This document shows, one piece after another, positions 22,552-32,053 of a DNA stretch of 64,000 nt. The notes under the pieces are model-generated. The model ran no database searches and was not told where the DNA came from. It saw nothing but the letters and a program-made list of their open reading frames with translations. Source of the stretch: Myxococcota bacterium (GTDB lineage Bacteria; Myxococcota_A; UBA796; SXON01); the NCBI GenBank assembly GCA_040386535.1, contig JAZKFH010000027.1, positions 76,314 through 140,313 on the forward strand, given 5' to 3'. The translations under genes and the position numbers were made by a program. Numbering within the stretch: the first letter of the stretch is position 1; each line of letters starts with the position of its first letter.

Positions 22552-23376
22552 ATGTCGCCTCTCCGCAGGTTCTCGCTGTTGCCCGCCGCCTCGAGCCTCC
22601 TCGGCGTCGGCACCAGCTTCCTGGCGGACGTGGCGTTGCGGCCGGCGTTCGCGAGCGTGTACCTCGTGCCGGTGGCGGCCGCGTCCTGGTTCGGGGGGCC
22701 CGGCGTGGGCCTCGTGGTGGCCGCCGTCGCGTCCGGGGCCAGCGCGGTGGCCGGCGGGTTCGGCGACGAGCCGCTGGCCCGCGTCGTCATGCCGACGCTC
22801 GTGAACGTCTCCGCCGCCTGGCTGGTCGGGAGCTTGCGGAACGCCTACCGCCACGAACGAGCGCTCGCCCGCACCGACGCGGTCACCGGCGCGCCGAACC
22901 GCCGCGCGTTCGAGGAGCGCGCGCGCGCCATGTTGCGCCTCCACGCCCGCACTGGCCGCCCGTTCACGGCGGCGGCGCTCGATCTCGACGGGTTCAAGGC
23001 GGTGAACGACCGGCTCGGGCACGCCGAGGGCGATCGGGTGCTGCGCGCCGTGTCAGAGGCGCTCGCCCGCGCGGTGCGGAGCTCCGATCATGTCGCGCGC
23101 TACGGCGGGGACGAGTTCGCGCTGCTCCTGCCCGACACCGACGAGCGGGGCGCGGCACTCCTGCTCGCGCGGCTCCGTGGCGCGCTCTGCGACGCGATGA
23201 CGGGCGGCGGGTGGGCGGTGACCTTCAGCGTGGGCGCCATCACCTTCCGCGACCTGCCCCCGGCGGGATTTCCCCGCAACGAGCGGGACCTGATGCAGCT
23301 GGTGGACGCGCGGGTGTACGAGGCGAAACACGCCGGAAAGGACCAGATGATCCACGAGACGCGCGGGGCCGGGTAG
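22552..23376 (+). CDS. Membrane-bound diguanylate cyclase
   Basis: N-terminal TMs; DLDGFKAVNDRLGH; RSSD I-site; RYGGDEF. Confidence 0.9.
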   Translation: MSPLRRFSLLPAASSLLGVGTSFLADVALRPAFASVYLVPVAAASWFGGPGVGLVVAAVASGASAVAGGFGDEPLARVVMPTLVNVSAAWLVGSLRNAYRHERALARTDAVTGAPNRRAFEERARAMLRLHARTGRPFTAAALDLDGFKAVNDRLGHAEGDRVLRAVSEALARAVRSSDHVARYGGDEFALLLPDTDERGAALLLARLRGALCDAMTGGGWAVTFSVGAITFRDLPPAGFPRNERDLMQLVDARVYEAKHAGKDQMIHETRGAG

Positions 23377-23415
23377 CGAACGATCCGCGCCTCCTGCGGC
23401 GAGAAGGACGCGGCG

Positions 23416-23934
23416 CTAACCGCCGGTGACCGACCGGTAGAGCCGCTCCAGCAGCGTCGTGATCGACGAGCGCATCTGCCGCGAGATCAGGAAGTCGGGC
23501 GCGGGGAAGCTCGGTTGGATGTGCACGTCGTACTTCACCTTCGTGCCGGTTTCGACCGACACGAACGACCACCGCACCTCGTAGATCGAGAGGGCCTTGC
23601 TCGCCACCAAGGTCTCGTGCCAGCCGGTCGACGTGGCGCAGCGCCGGTAGTCGTACGCCACCGGCGCGAAGGTCATGCCGGTCTCGACGCGGAGGGTGGG
23701 ACACGCCTCTCGGGAGACGTAGGAGATCGCCTTGATGTCGGGCGAGAGCTGGGCGGCCGCGATGGGATCCCCGAGCGCGGCGCGGACGGCCTCGATGGGG
23801 GCGGGGATGACGAACTCGGTGCGCCAGACCCCGTCGGAGCTGGGGGCCACGGTGAACGCGGGAGGCTCGGCCGCGCGCGCGGCGCCGGACAGACTCGCGG
23901 CCAACAGGAGCCAGAGCGTCCCCCCCACGGTCAC
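23416..23934 (-). CDS. Exported SRPBCC/START-domain protein
   Basis: Signal peptide; IPAPIEAV and RWSFVSVETGTKVKYDV pattern; C-terminal helix. Confidence 0.65.
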   Translation of the reverse strand: MTVGGTLWLLLAASLSGAARAAEPPAFTVAPSSDGVWRTEFVIPAPIEAVRAALGDPIAAAQLSPDIKAISYVSREACPTLRVETGMTFAPVAYDYRRCATSTGWHETLVASKALSIYEVRWSFVSVETGTKVKYDVHIQPSFPAPDFLISRQMRSSITTLLERLYRSVTGG

Positions 23935-23976
23935 CTCACCGGGTTGGACTAACCCGAGCGCGAGCGCCGCCCACGC

Positions 23977-24819
23977 TCATCCGTGGCGTTCGACCCAATC
24001 TTCCCAGCGCCGGGCCAGCACGTCGTTCTGGGGGCGATCAGACACCAGCCGGCGCCGGATCTCCCACGCGGTGCGCTCCTCGACCTGGCCCATGTCGATC
24101 GCGCGCCCCGAGGCCTGGCGGTACCCCGCGACGAACGCATCGCGGGCGCGCGGGTTCAGGATGAAGACGCAGGCCTGCATCTCGACCAGGTCCGCCTCCA
24201 CGGGGCCCCAGCGGGCGCAAGTCCAGTCCACCACGCCGGTGATGGTCCACCCGCTGCGGAGCTGGGGCCGGCCGAGCACGTTGCCCAGGTGGTAGTCGAG
24301 GTGGAGCAGACGGGCGCGGCGCGGGTCGATGTCGGCGAGGTCGGGGAGGCCGGTCGGGCCTTCCGGGCGCGCCACGGCGTGGATCGCGGAGAGGGAGCGG
24401 CCCATCTGGAGGCACACGCCGCTCAAGCCGTCCTCGTCGAGCTGGCCGCGCTCGTAGGCGATCTCGGCCGTGGTACCGGGGAGCACGCCCATCACGGCGC
24501 ACACCGGGTCGGTCGAGAAGACGCGGTACGGCGAGGGGACGCTGACGCCCCGGATCATCGTGAGCACGACGCCTTCTGCGCGAAGACGGTCGGCCGCGGG
24601 GCGGGTCAGGTCGAACGGATCCGGGAGGGCGTCGGAGCGGGGGAACTTCAGGAGGCGCTCGCCGCCGGGGTCCTCCGGGCCGCACAAGCCCGCGGGTGTG
24701 ACGACGCGGAAGAGGTGATGCTCGCGACCGTCCCGGGCACGCACGAGGCGAGGGTCGAGGCCGATCTCGCGTGCGAGCCGCGCGGCGATGAGCTCGGGAG
24801 GCTGGGAGGTATCCGCCAT
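23977..24819 (-). CDS. Aminoglycoside-phosphotransferase/choline-kinase-like protein
   Basis: LLK, LLHLDYHLGNV, VVDW and GPVEADL motifs. Confidence 0.85.
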   Translation of the reverse strand: MADTSQPPELIAARLAREIGLDPRLVRARDGREHHLFRVVTPAGLCGPEDPGGERLLKFPRSDALPDPFDLTRPAADRLRAEGVVLTMIRGVSVPSPYRVFSTDPVCAVMGVLPGTTAEIAYERGQLDEDGLSGVCLQMGRSLSAIHAVARPEGPTGLPDLADIDPRRARLLHLDYHLGNVLGRPQLRSGWTITGVVDWTCARWGPVEADLVEMQACVFILNPRARDAFVAGYRQASGRAIDMGQVEERTAWEIRRRLVSDRPQNDVLARRWEDWVERHG

Positions 24820-24905
24820 GGCGGAAGCCTATTCCAACGTACGGGAGCCTGCCCAGGCCGCCGCGACCTCCGACATGATAGGTCCCCGGCACTGAACAGG
24901 ACCGG

Positions 24906-25748
24906 ATGTCGTCGTACCCGTCGCTCGCGAGCATCATCGCGTCCGTGATGCTCTCCGACGAGGAGAAGAAGCGCCTCGAGCGGCTTCTCTACGCCGATGC
25001 GGGGCACGGGTACGATGCCTTCGGGCTGCACCCCGACTACGTCGCGTTCGGTCGGGTCCTCACCGCGCCGCTCTACGACCGGTATTTCCGCGTCAAGTCG
25101 AAGGGCCACGAACACATCCCGACCTCGGGGCCGGCCGTTCTCGCCTCGAACCACTCCGGCGCCGTCCCCATCGACGGGATGATGATCTGGGCGGACGTGC
25201 TCCGGAACACCGAGCCCCCGCGGGTGGCGCGCGCCGTGGCCGATCACTTCGTGCCGATGATCCCCATGATCGGGACCCTCTTCGCGCGCGGTGGCATGGT
25301 CGGCGGGAGCCGCGGCAACGCGCGCACGCTGTTGGAGAGCGGCGAGCTCCTGATGATCTTCCCCGAGGGTGTGCCGGGCGTCGCCAAACATTTTCGCGAC
25401 CGCTACAAGCTGCAGGACTGGCGCGTGGGCCACGTCGAGCTCGCCATCCGCCACCACGCGCCGGTCGTGCCGGTCGGGATCGTGGGCGCCGAGGAGCAGA
25501 TGCCGCAGATCGGCCGCATCCCCATCCGGGTGGCGGGGCTCCCCTTCATCCCCATCACGCTCACGCCGTTTCCGATGCCGGTGCGCTACCACATCCGGTA
25601 CGGCGCGCCGATTCCGGTGCACCTCGACTACCGGCCCGAGCAGGCCGACGATCCCTCCGCCGTGCGCGAGGCCGCCGCGCGCGTGAAGGCGGCGGTGCAG
25701 GCCCTGTTGGAAGAGGGGCTGCGCGAGCGCGAGGGGATCTTCGCGTGA
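24906..25748 (+). CDS. Lysophospholipid acyltransferase family protein
   Basis: NHSGAVPIDG (HX4D), IFPEG and VPVGIVGAEE motifs. Confidence 0.9.
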   Translation: MSSYPSLASIIASVMLSDEEKKRLERLLYADAGHGYDAFGLHPDYVAFGRVLTAPLYDRYFRVKSKGHEHIPTSGPAVLASNHSGAVPIDGMMIWADVLRNTEPPRVARAVADHFVPMIPMIGTLFARGGMVGGSRGNARTLLESGELLMIFPEGVPGVAKHFRDRYKLQDWRVGHVELAIRHHAPVVPVGIVGAEEQMPQIGRIPIRVAGLPFIPITLTPFPMPVRYHIRYGAPIPVHLDYRPEQADDPSAVREAAARVKAAVQALLEEGLREREGIFA

Positions 25749-26707
25749 GCGACTACATCAAGGGCGTGCTCGTCACCGGCACGGACGCGCCCGTGGGCGA
25801 GCTGCTCGTGCGTGCGCTCCTGGCCAATCCGAACGTGGGCCACGTCCTCGCGATCGGCCTGCGCCGCCCCGAGGAGGCGCTCCCCATCGCGCACACCTCC
25901 CGGCTGACCTATCTGCAGGTCAACCTCGTGCGCGAGCGCCAGGTGCACGATCTGCTGTTCGGCCCCGCGCGGGACCTGGGCGTCGAGGTCGTGGTGCACA
26001 CCGCGATGAGCCGCAACGCGATGGCCGAGGGCGGCGGCGTGCACGCGCTCAACGTCGAGGCCACGCGCGCGCTCCTCCAGCTGTGCGAGCGGCACCCCAC
26101 CATCCGCCGCTTCGTGCTCAAGTCCTACGCCGAGGTCTACTCCGTCTCGCACGACCTCCCCGTGCTCATCGCGGAGGACCACCCGCTCAACCTGCATCCG
26201 AACGCGCCCCAGTACGTGCGGGACCGTGTCGAGGCCGACCTGCACGCGTGCGTCCGCATGGGGCTCTCCCCCCTGCAGATCGTCGTGCTCCGCTGCGCGG
26301 AGTCGCTCGCGCCCGGCACCGGCTCGCAGTTGTTCGACTACCTCGAGTCGCCCGTGTGCCTCCGGCCCGCCGGCTACGACCCGATGATCAACGTCGCGAG
26401 CCTCAAGGACATCGTCCGCGCGCTGGAGTCCGCGGTGCGGGCCCCGGAGCAGGGCGTGTTCAACGTGCCCGGCTACGACACGCTGCCGTTGTCCCTCGCC
26501 ATCCGGAAGTGGGGCCGCCTCGGCATCTCGTTGCCGTCCTCGTGGCTCACCCCGCTGTACCGCTGGCGTCGCAAGCTGCGCGGGCACGACTTCCGCTACG
26601 GCATGAACCGCCGCCGCTTCCACTACAGCGGCGTGCTCGACGGGCGCCGCGCCCGAGAGGTGCTCGGCTTCACGCCCACGCTCCCGGTCGACTGGCCGAT
26701 CAGCTAG
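25745..26707 (+). CDS. NAD-dependent epimerase/dehydratase (extended SDR)-like protein
   Basis: VLVTG Rossmann start, VVHTA, NVEAT, VFNV and AREVLGF motifs; GTGA overlap with the acyltransferase. Confidence 0.8.
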   Translation: MSDYIKGVLVTGTDAPVGELLVRALLANPNVGHVLAIGLRRPEEALPIAHTSRLTYLQVNLVRERQVHDLLFGPARDLGVEVVVHTAMSRNAMAEGGGVHALNVEATRALLQLCERHPTIRRFVLKSYAEVYSVSHDLPVLIAEDHPLNLHPNAPQYVRDRVEADLHACVRMGLSPLQIVVLRCAESLAPGTGSQLFDYLESPVCLRPAGYDPMINVASLKDIVRALESAVRAPEQGVFNVPGYDTLPLSLAIRKWGRLGISLPSSWLTPLYRWRRKLRGHDFRYGMNRRRFHYSGVLDGRRAREVLGFTPTLPVDWPIS

Positions 26708-26800
26708 CCGTCGCCGTCATCAGCGCCCGCTTTTGTACCCGCCGCCCGAGGTCGCCCTTGTTGTCCCTTCGCCCGAACGCCTCCGCCCGTGGGGGGAGCC

Positions 26801-27457
26801 ATGACGACGCCCGGCGCTGAGGGTGGCCGCCCCGTTTCGATCCGGCCCAAGGCCGCGCTCGCCCTGATCATCGCCGCGATCACGGTGGCGGGTGGGCTGG
26901 TGGTCGCGACGGTGGGCTGGTACGCGACGGTGCAGGGCACGTCGGGGCAAGCGAGCGGCGTACGCGCGCGGGTCACCTTCACGAGCCCGTGCGACGCCGA
27001 GGCCCGTCCGGTGATCCTGGCCCGCCTCGCGGAGTACGGCCTGCCTGCCCAGGCCTCGCCGGACAGCGGCGGCCTCGCGTTCGACGTGACCATGCCGGGC
27101 CTCGCGGACGACCTGACCCACGTGCCGAAGGCTCTCGCGGCCCCCGGCACGCTCGAGGTGCGCGTGGACGGCGTCGTGCGGCCGGTCGTCGTCCAGGACC
27201 TCGGCGTGCAGCTCGCGTTCAGCGGCACCCCCGTCACGTTGCTGCTGTTGAGCGAGCCGCTGCCGGAGCGCGGCGTGGAGGTCTCGATCGACGGCGCGCC
27301 GGCCGACGTCGAGGAGGTCACCGGCGTCGAGCTGCAGATCGCCGCGCGCGCGGGGCAGAGCGCCGAGGCGCTGCGGCTCGCCACCGATCGGGCCGTCGCG
27401 TTGCGTCATCCGCTGCCGTGCGCGGTCACCCCGGTGGGCGCCGAGGCGATGCCGTAG
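26801..27457 (+). CDS. Hypothetical single-TM protein, weakly SecD-P1-like
   Basis: GGAG RBS; one TM; ILARLAEYGL...LAAPGTLEVR pattern. Confidence 0.6.
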   Translation: MTTPGAEGGRPVSIRPKAALALIIAAITVAGGLVVATVGWYATVQGTSGQASGVRARVTFTSPCDAEARPVILARLAEYGLPAQASPDSGGLAFDVTMPGLADDLTHVPKALAAPGTLEVRVDGVVRPVVVQDLGVQLAFSGTPVTLLLLSEPLPERGVEVSIDGAPADVEEVTGVELQIAARAGQSAEALRLATDRAVALRHPLPCAVTPVGAEAMP

Positions 27458-27525
27458 GGCGCGACGCGCTTGCTTCGCGGAGGCTGAGGCGCGGCACGTT
27501 CGCGTCGCTGGAAGCCGGCGGCGCC

Positions 27526-27567
27526 AAAAACACGAAACCCTCCGTCGCTTGCGCGGGGAGGGCTCCG
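27526..27567 (-). terminator. Rho-independent terminator of rpsD
   Basis: Minus strand GCCCTCC..GCAA..GGAGGGT followed by TTCGTGTTTTT. Confidence 0.7.
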
Positions 27568-27602
27568 ATGGGACGAGGTGGCGTGCGGACACGCCGCCCG
27601 CG

Positions 27603-28220
27603 TCAGATCATCTGGCTGTAGTACTCGACGATCTTCTGGGGATCACACTCGAACGGGATGTCTTCGCGCTCGGGCGCGACGACCATCTTGCCGGCCATGA
27701 GGGCCGGGTCGAACTCGAGGAAGCTCGGGCGCTGACGGCTGGCCGCGAGCTCGAGGATCCCGGCGTAGAACGGGGACGCCTTGCTCTTCGGGTGGAGGGC
27801 GACGACATCGCCGGCCTTGACCTGGAAGCTGGGGCGGTCCGTGCGGACGCCGTTGACCGTGACGTGCCCGTGCACGACGAGCTGACGCGCGGCGGGGATG
27901 GTCGCGCCGAGGCCGAGGCGCCAGGTGACGCTGTCGAGGCGGCTCTCGAGGAGGGTCGCGAGGATGCGGCCGGTCGGGCCCTTGCGGCGCGAGGCCTCGG
28001 TCACGTAGCGACGGAACTGCTTCTCGAGGATGCCGTAGTGGAAGCGCATCTTCTGCTTCTCCACCATGCGTTCCTTGAAGTCAGACTGCTTGCCCTTGCG
28101 GCGTGTGCCGTGCTGTCCCGGGGGGAACGGGCGCTTGAGGACGCCCTTGTTCGTAAGGCCGGGAAGCACCACGCCCACCTGCCGGCACTTCTTCAGCCGG
28201 GGTCCACGATAACGTGCCAT
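27603..28220 (-). CDS. rpsD: 30S ribosomal protein S4 (stand-alone, lacks zinc-ribbon cysteines)
   Basis: MARYRGP, PPGQHG, EKQKMRFHYG, LESRLD, ARQLVVHGH and IVEYYS motifs; AAGGAG RBS. Confidence 0.96.
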   Translation of the reverse strand: MARYRGPRLKKCRQVGVVLPGLTNKGVLKRPFPPGQHGTRRKGKQSDFKERMVEKQKMRFHYGILEKQFRRYVTEASRRKGPTGRILATLLESRLDSVTWRLGLGATIPAARQLVVHGHVTVNGVRTDRPSFQVKAGDVVALHPKSKASPFYAGILELAASRQRPSFLEFDPALMAGKMVVAPEREDIPFECDPQKIVEYYSQMI

Positions 28221-28374
28221 GTTGATGGCTCCTTGGGGTGCGGGAATGCCCTTGCGGGCATGAAACGTTGCCGGGGGTTCGAGTAGGAACTCGTGGGCCG
28301 GAAACGGCGCCCGGGGCGATCCCGGGCAGCCCGCGCTGTTAATCGATCGCTCCCCGTCCGCCAAGGAGGATCCG

Positions 28375-28854
28375 ATGGACCATCTGCGCAACGCGCTCCA
28401 GGGCGCGCTCGGCGTGCCCGTTTCCCCGGCGCCCGCGCCCGCCCCCGAGGTGCCCGGCCTCCCGGACCCGCTCAAGAGCGACTGGGTGGCGCTGATGCGC
28501 CAGCTCGGCGCCGAAGTGCCGAAGGACGCCACGATGGGCCAGCTCACGTCGCGCTCCGATCTGCGCGCCAAGGCCCTCGGGGACGCGGGCCGCGGCCGGG
28601 ACGCCGCCGCGTTGAAGAAGGCACGCGAGGACTTCGTGCGGGACCGCGAGAAGCGGGCCTGGGCACTGGTGAAGGACCGCTTCGCCGCGCTGGACCTGCC
28701 CGAGAAGGCGTACCGTTCCTTCAAGCAGGAGGACGCCGATCCCGTCAAGCTCCTGGCCCGGCTGACGAACAAGCGCGCCGAGGAGCTGAGGGGGATGGGC
28801 GCCGCCCGCCTGCGCGACGAGCTCGGCCCCTCCGTGGGGACCGGCAAGAAGTAG
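28375..28854 (+). CDS. Hypothetical basic helical protein
   Basis: AAGGAGG RBS; typical codon usage; divergent from rpsD. Confidence 0.7.
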   Translation: MDHLRNALQGALGVPVSPAPAPAPEVPGLPDPLKSDWVALMRQLGAEVPKDATMGQLTSRSDLRAKALGDAGRGRDAAALKKAREDFVRDREKRAWALVKDRFAALDLPEKAYRSFKQEDADPVKLLARLTNKRAEELRGMGAARLRDELGPSVGTGKK

Positions 28855-28901
28855 GCCCCGCGCCCGGCCCGGGGGGCGTATAGTGCGCGGGTGGAGGTCC
28901 A

Positions 28902-29609
28902 ATGCCGGTCGGGCGGGTCGGATTGACGGGGCGGCGCGGCGTGACGCTGCTGGAGATCGCCATCGTCATCGCGATCATCGGCATCCTGGCCGCGATCGCG
29001 GGCACCATGCTCACGCAGACGATCCCGAGCTGGCGCACACGGCGCGCCGCGCGCGAGTTCTCCGCGACGCTCAACCAGTGCCGGCAGCTCGCGATCGCGC
29101 AGGGCGTCGAGTACCGGGTCCGCATGGGGTCCGCCGACCCTGACCTCAGCGGGTCGGGCGGCAGCGTGGGGGTCTACTACATCGAGCGCGGCAATTCGGG
29201 CGTGAACAGCTCCGCATGGGACATCCTCCCGTGGGACGCGGACGGGTCGAACACCGCCAACGCCGAGGGCACGATCGACATCTCCGCGGGCGCCCCCAAC
29301 GAGCTGCGTGGCGCGAGCATCGCGCCGTGGAACCCGATCGCCGGCGTGGAGGGGGACGACATCGTGTTCAGCCCGCGCGGCTGGCTCATCAACCCCGTGA
29401 GCGACTTCAACGCCGACGGGTACATCGAGATCACCTTCGTCAACAAGCCGGCGCGGGCACGCGGCGAGGCCGACGAGTGGACCGTGATGGTGTCCCGCGG
29501 CGGGCTCGTGCGCCTGGAGTCCAACCGGCAGACGCCGATCGGCGGGGCGAGCGGCACCTCGAGCGCGTCGGACTGGACGTCGAGCTCGGCGTCCGGGCAC
29601 TCGCCCTAA
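28902..29609 (+). CDS. Minor pilin / pseudopilin (FimT/GspH-like)
   Basis: RRG|VTLLEIAIVIAIIG prepilin site; ..RQLAI.. helix; IVFSPRG and VSRGGLVR motifs. Confidence 0.85.
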   Translation: MPVGRVGLTGRRGVTLLEIAIVIAIIGILAAIAGTMLTQTIPSWRTRRAAREFSATLNQCRQLAIAQGVEYRVRMGSADPDLSGSGGSVGVYYIERGNSGVNSSAWDILPWDADGSNTANAEGTIDISAGAPNELRGASIAPWNPIAGVEGDDIVFSPRGWLINPVSDFNADGYIEITFVNKPARARGEADEWTVMVSRGGLVRLESNRQTPIGGASGTSSASDWTSSSASGHSP

Positions 29610-30013
29610 GACGACGGCGGCGGATCCTCGACGAGCCGAGGAGTGGGCCACTCCGTCACCGCGGACGTGCAGGGCCGGCCCTCGGCCTGGGCGGCGACCG
29701 CGTCCTCGAGGCGCACGGACGCCCACAACCCGTCGAACGCGGTCAGCAGCTCAGCCAGCGCGACGCCCTCGTACGTGGGGGGGAGCCCCTCGAACTTCGC
29801 GCGGGCCTTGGTCCATTGGCCCCAGGCGCCCCGCGGATTGCCGCGCCGCCAGTGCTCCAGCGACACCGCGAGCTGGATGAGGCCTTGCACGTAGTCGCGG
29901 CCGGGCCCGCGGGGCAGCTCGCGCCAGAGGGCCTCGAGCACCTCGTGGCACTCGAACCACTGGCGCTCGCGGAACAGGTGGAGGCCCTCGTGGTAGCGCG
30001 CGTCGTTCCGCAT
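29606..30013 (-). CDS. DUF309 family protein
   Basis: GLHLF..QWFECHEVLEALW and QGLIQLAVSLEHW.RGN.RGA motifs. Confidence 0.88.
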   Translation of the reverse strand: MRNDARYHEGLHLFRERQWFECHEVLEALWRELPRGPGRDYVQGLIQLAVSLEHWRRGNPRGAWGQWTKARAKFEGLPPTYEGVALAELLTAFDGLWASVRLEDAVAAQAEGRPCTSAVTEWPTPRLVEDPPPSS

Positions 30014-30035
30014 CGGAGCGATATATCCGGTCACA

Positions 30036-31235
30036 TCAGCCCTTGGCCTCGGGGGAGAAGGCTTCCGGGGACAGCGCACGTTGGGCCATCCGCCGCACGG
30101 TCGGGCGCGGATCGGCCGCCCAGGCACGGATGTCCTGGCCGCCCGCCGCCAGCACGGCGACGGCGTGGGCCGAGGTGATCTCCGTGGCGTCGCGCGCGGT
30201 GGCGCGAAGCGCGGGGAACGCGACGGCGCCGAGCTTCCACAGGGCGTCCATCGCCGGGAGGTAGAAGCCGCCGAGGGCGGAGCCGTGCGTGTCGTCCAGG
30301 TGGGCGAGCAGGGTGGGGATGCTCGCCGGGGCGCCGATCTCGCCGAGCGCCCAGAGCAGGTTGGTGCGCACGGGGTACTGGATGCCCAGCCCCGCGCCGG
30401 GCCGGCCCTCGAAGTCGGCGACCTCGTCCTTGAGCGCCCCGCCGATCCAGCCCGCGCCCTGCCGGAGGCCGAGCCGACCCAGGCCGGTGGCCGCGATCCG
30501 CCGCTGGGCGAACCCGCGCCCCGGATCCACGTCGGTGGCGCGCAGCGCGTCGCGCAGGGGGGCGGCCGCCCGGGGATCGCCCGTGAGGCCCATGGCGACG
30601 AAGAGGGTGTGCTCTCCGCGGCGCCCGGCGCTGCGGAGGCGGGCCTGGATGCGCACGAGGTCGTCCGGGTGGCCGAGAGCGGCGAGCGCCTGGGCGATGT
30701 CGAGGCCGCGCCGGCCGGGGTCGGGGTGCTCGAGCTGGTGGCGCCGGGCTTCGAGGAGGGCGGCCCGGGGCTGGACGGCGCCGGGCGTATCGCCGAGGCA
30801 GGCCCACAGGCGCTCGGACAGGGGCGCGAGGCCGTGGACCGCGGCGGGGCTGCGCAGCCCGCCGACGGTGTGGAGGGCGCGCCGGTCGTGGCGTTCCAGG
30901 GCCGCGGCGAGCACGGCGGCATCGTCGCCGCAGCGGATCCGGGCGACGGCGAAGGCCAGCTGGCCCTCCTCCGTGCGGTCCGCCCCGGCCGCGGCGCCCA
31001 GCGCATCGAGGGCCTCGGGATTCCCGAGGTTTCCGAGAGCGCGCGCGGCGGTGCGCCGGAGCGCCGCGTGGTCCCCCCGCAGAAGCGGAAGCAGCGGCGC
31101 GGGGGGACCTCCTTGCTCACCCAGGGCCCGAGCGCACCGGATCGCGAAGGCCTCCGAGCCCCGCCGAAGCCCGCGCTCGAGCCCGGCTTGAGGGAGCTGG
31201 TCGGGGTCTCCCAACAAATGGTCCAGGAGCGCCAT
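30036..31235 (-). CDS. HEAT/PBS-lyase repeat protein
   Basis: Repeated LRRTAARALGNLG, RRIAATGLGRLG and VRTNLLWALGEIG units. Confidence 0.8.
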   Translation of the reverse strand: MALLDHLLGDPDQLPQAGLERGLRRGSEAFAIRCARALGEQGGPPAPLLPLLRGDHAALRRTAARALGNLGNPEALDALGAAAGADRTEEGQLAFAVARIRCGDDAAVLAAALERHDRRALHTVGGLRSPAAVHGLAPLSERLWACLGDTPGAVQPRAALLEARRHQLEHPDPGRRGLDIAQALAALGHPDDLVRIQARLRSAGRRGEHTLFVAMGLTGDPRAAAPLRDALRATDVDPGRGFAQRRIAATGLGRLGLRQGAGWIGGALKDEVADFEGRPGAGLGIQYPVRTNLLWALGEIGAPASIPTLLAHLDDTHGSALGGFYLPAMDALWKLGAVAFPALRATARDATEITSAHAVAVLAAGGQDIRAWAADPRPTVRRMAQRALSPEAFSPEAKG

Positions 31236-31329
31236 GCGCCCCCCGTTATCGCGGTCCCCGTTGCCAGGGCGGACGGGCGCCCTGGAACCGGAGGCGTCGC
31301 AAAGCGCATGACACGGAAATGCGTTTTCG

Positions 31330-31650
31330 CCGAAGATCCGCTCGGCGTCGGGTTTTCCAGTGGTTTTCCACAAGCGGAAGGGTGTCGTGGGGGACAGATG
31401 ACAGCACAAGCGCATCTCCGCGCCACCTGTCAACAGTAGGCCGCCGGCTGATAATCGTGCATCAACGACGATGTTCGGCCTTGTCCTTCGGGTTGTCCAT
31501 AGCGATTGACGGGTCAATCAAAATCGGAGATAGATCGTTGGCTTACCTGCCTTTTTGTTGGATCGGCCATTGCGGGGCGGATCCCCTCGCGGTACTTCTC
31601 TGGGGTCAGCGCGGCTTGCTTGCCGGCAAGCGGGCGCCTCCCCACACATC
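31330..31650. promoter_or_regulatory. AT-enriched intergenic region with DnaA-box-like motifs (candidate origin or complex regulatory region)
   Basis: TTTTCCACA 31364-31372, CTGTCAACA 31427-31435 and TTGTCCATA 31493-31501; 27 G+C in 60 nt at 31501-31560 by hand count; palindrome GATTGAC-GG-GTCAATC at 31504-31519. Confidence 0.35.
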
Positions 31651-31933
31651 TCCCGCCTCTCCTCCCCCCTTTGCTCTTCGCCAGGCGCGGACCCGCTCGT
31701 AGTGCGGCACCATGCCTGTTCCCACGTGTCCTGTTCGACCTGTACCGGTCGCGCACGCGTGGGTCCGCACCTGGTTCCCCCCCGTGTTCTCGCGCGTCCC
31801 CCCGCGTTCCCCCCGCACAGGGGGGCCCCAAACGTCTCCGGAATCCCCCTCCGGATGCCCCTCGAGCCGACTCCCCTGGCTCGGGGCTCGCCCCCGCCCC
31901 CCCACGGGCGCGACGCGGCGAGACGTACGGTCC

Positions 31934-31970
31934 GCTCGCTCCGCTCCGCTCCCCCTGGAGCGGAGCGAGC
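31934..31970. repeat. Perfect 14-bp stem palindrome
   Basis: GCTCGCTCCGCTCC-N9-GGAGCGGAGCGAGC; GAGCGGAGCGAGC recurs at 60290-60302. Confidence 0.75.
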
Positions 31971-31976
31971 CGCCGC

Positions 31977-32038
31977 GCGCGACGATGCCGCGCCGCCCCG
32001 GCGCGACGATGCCGCGCCGCCCCGGCGCGACGATGCCG
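31977..32038. repeat. 24-bp tandem repeat, about 2.6 copies
   Basis: Unit GCGCGACGATGCCGCGCCGCCCCG at 31977 and 32001, partial at 32025. Confidence 0.9.
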
Positions 32039-32053
32039 GCATAGAAGGGTGCG

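Noticed and set aside
23977..24819. Aminoglycoside resistance gene
   Set aside because: Only the generic APH/ChoK kinase motifs are present, with no mobile context.
31504..31519. FNR site
   Set aside because: Spacing is TTGA-N4-TCAA rather than TTGA-N6-TCAA; kept only as an unassigned palindrome.
31977..32038. 24-bp repeats as a CRISPR array
   Set aside because: The units are contiguous with no spacers, and no cas operon is present.
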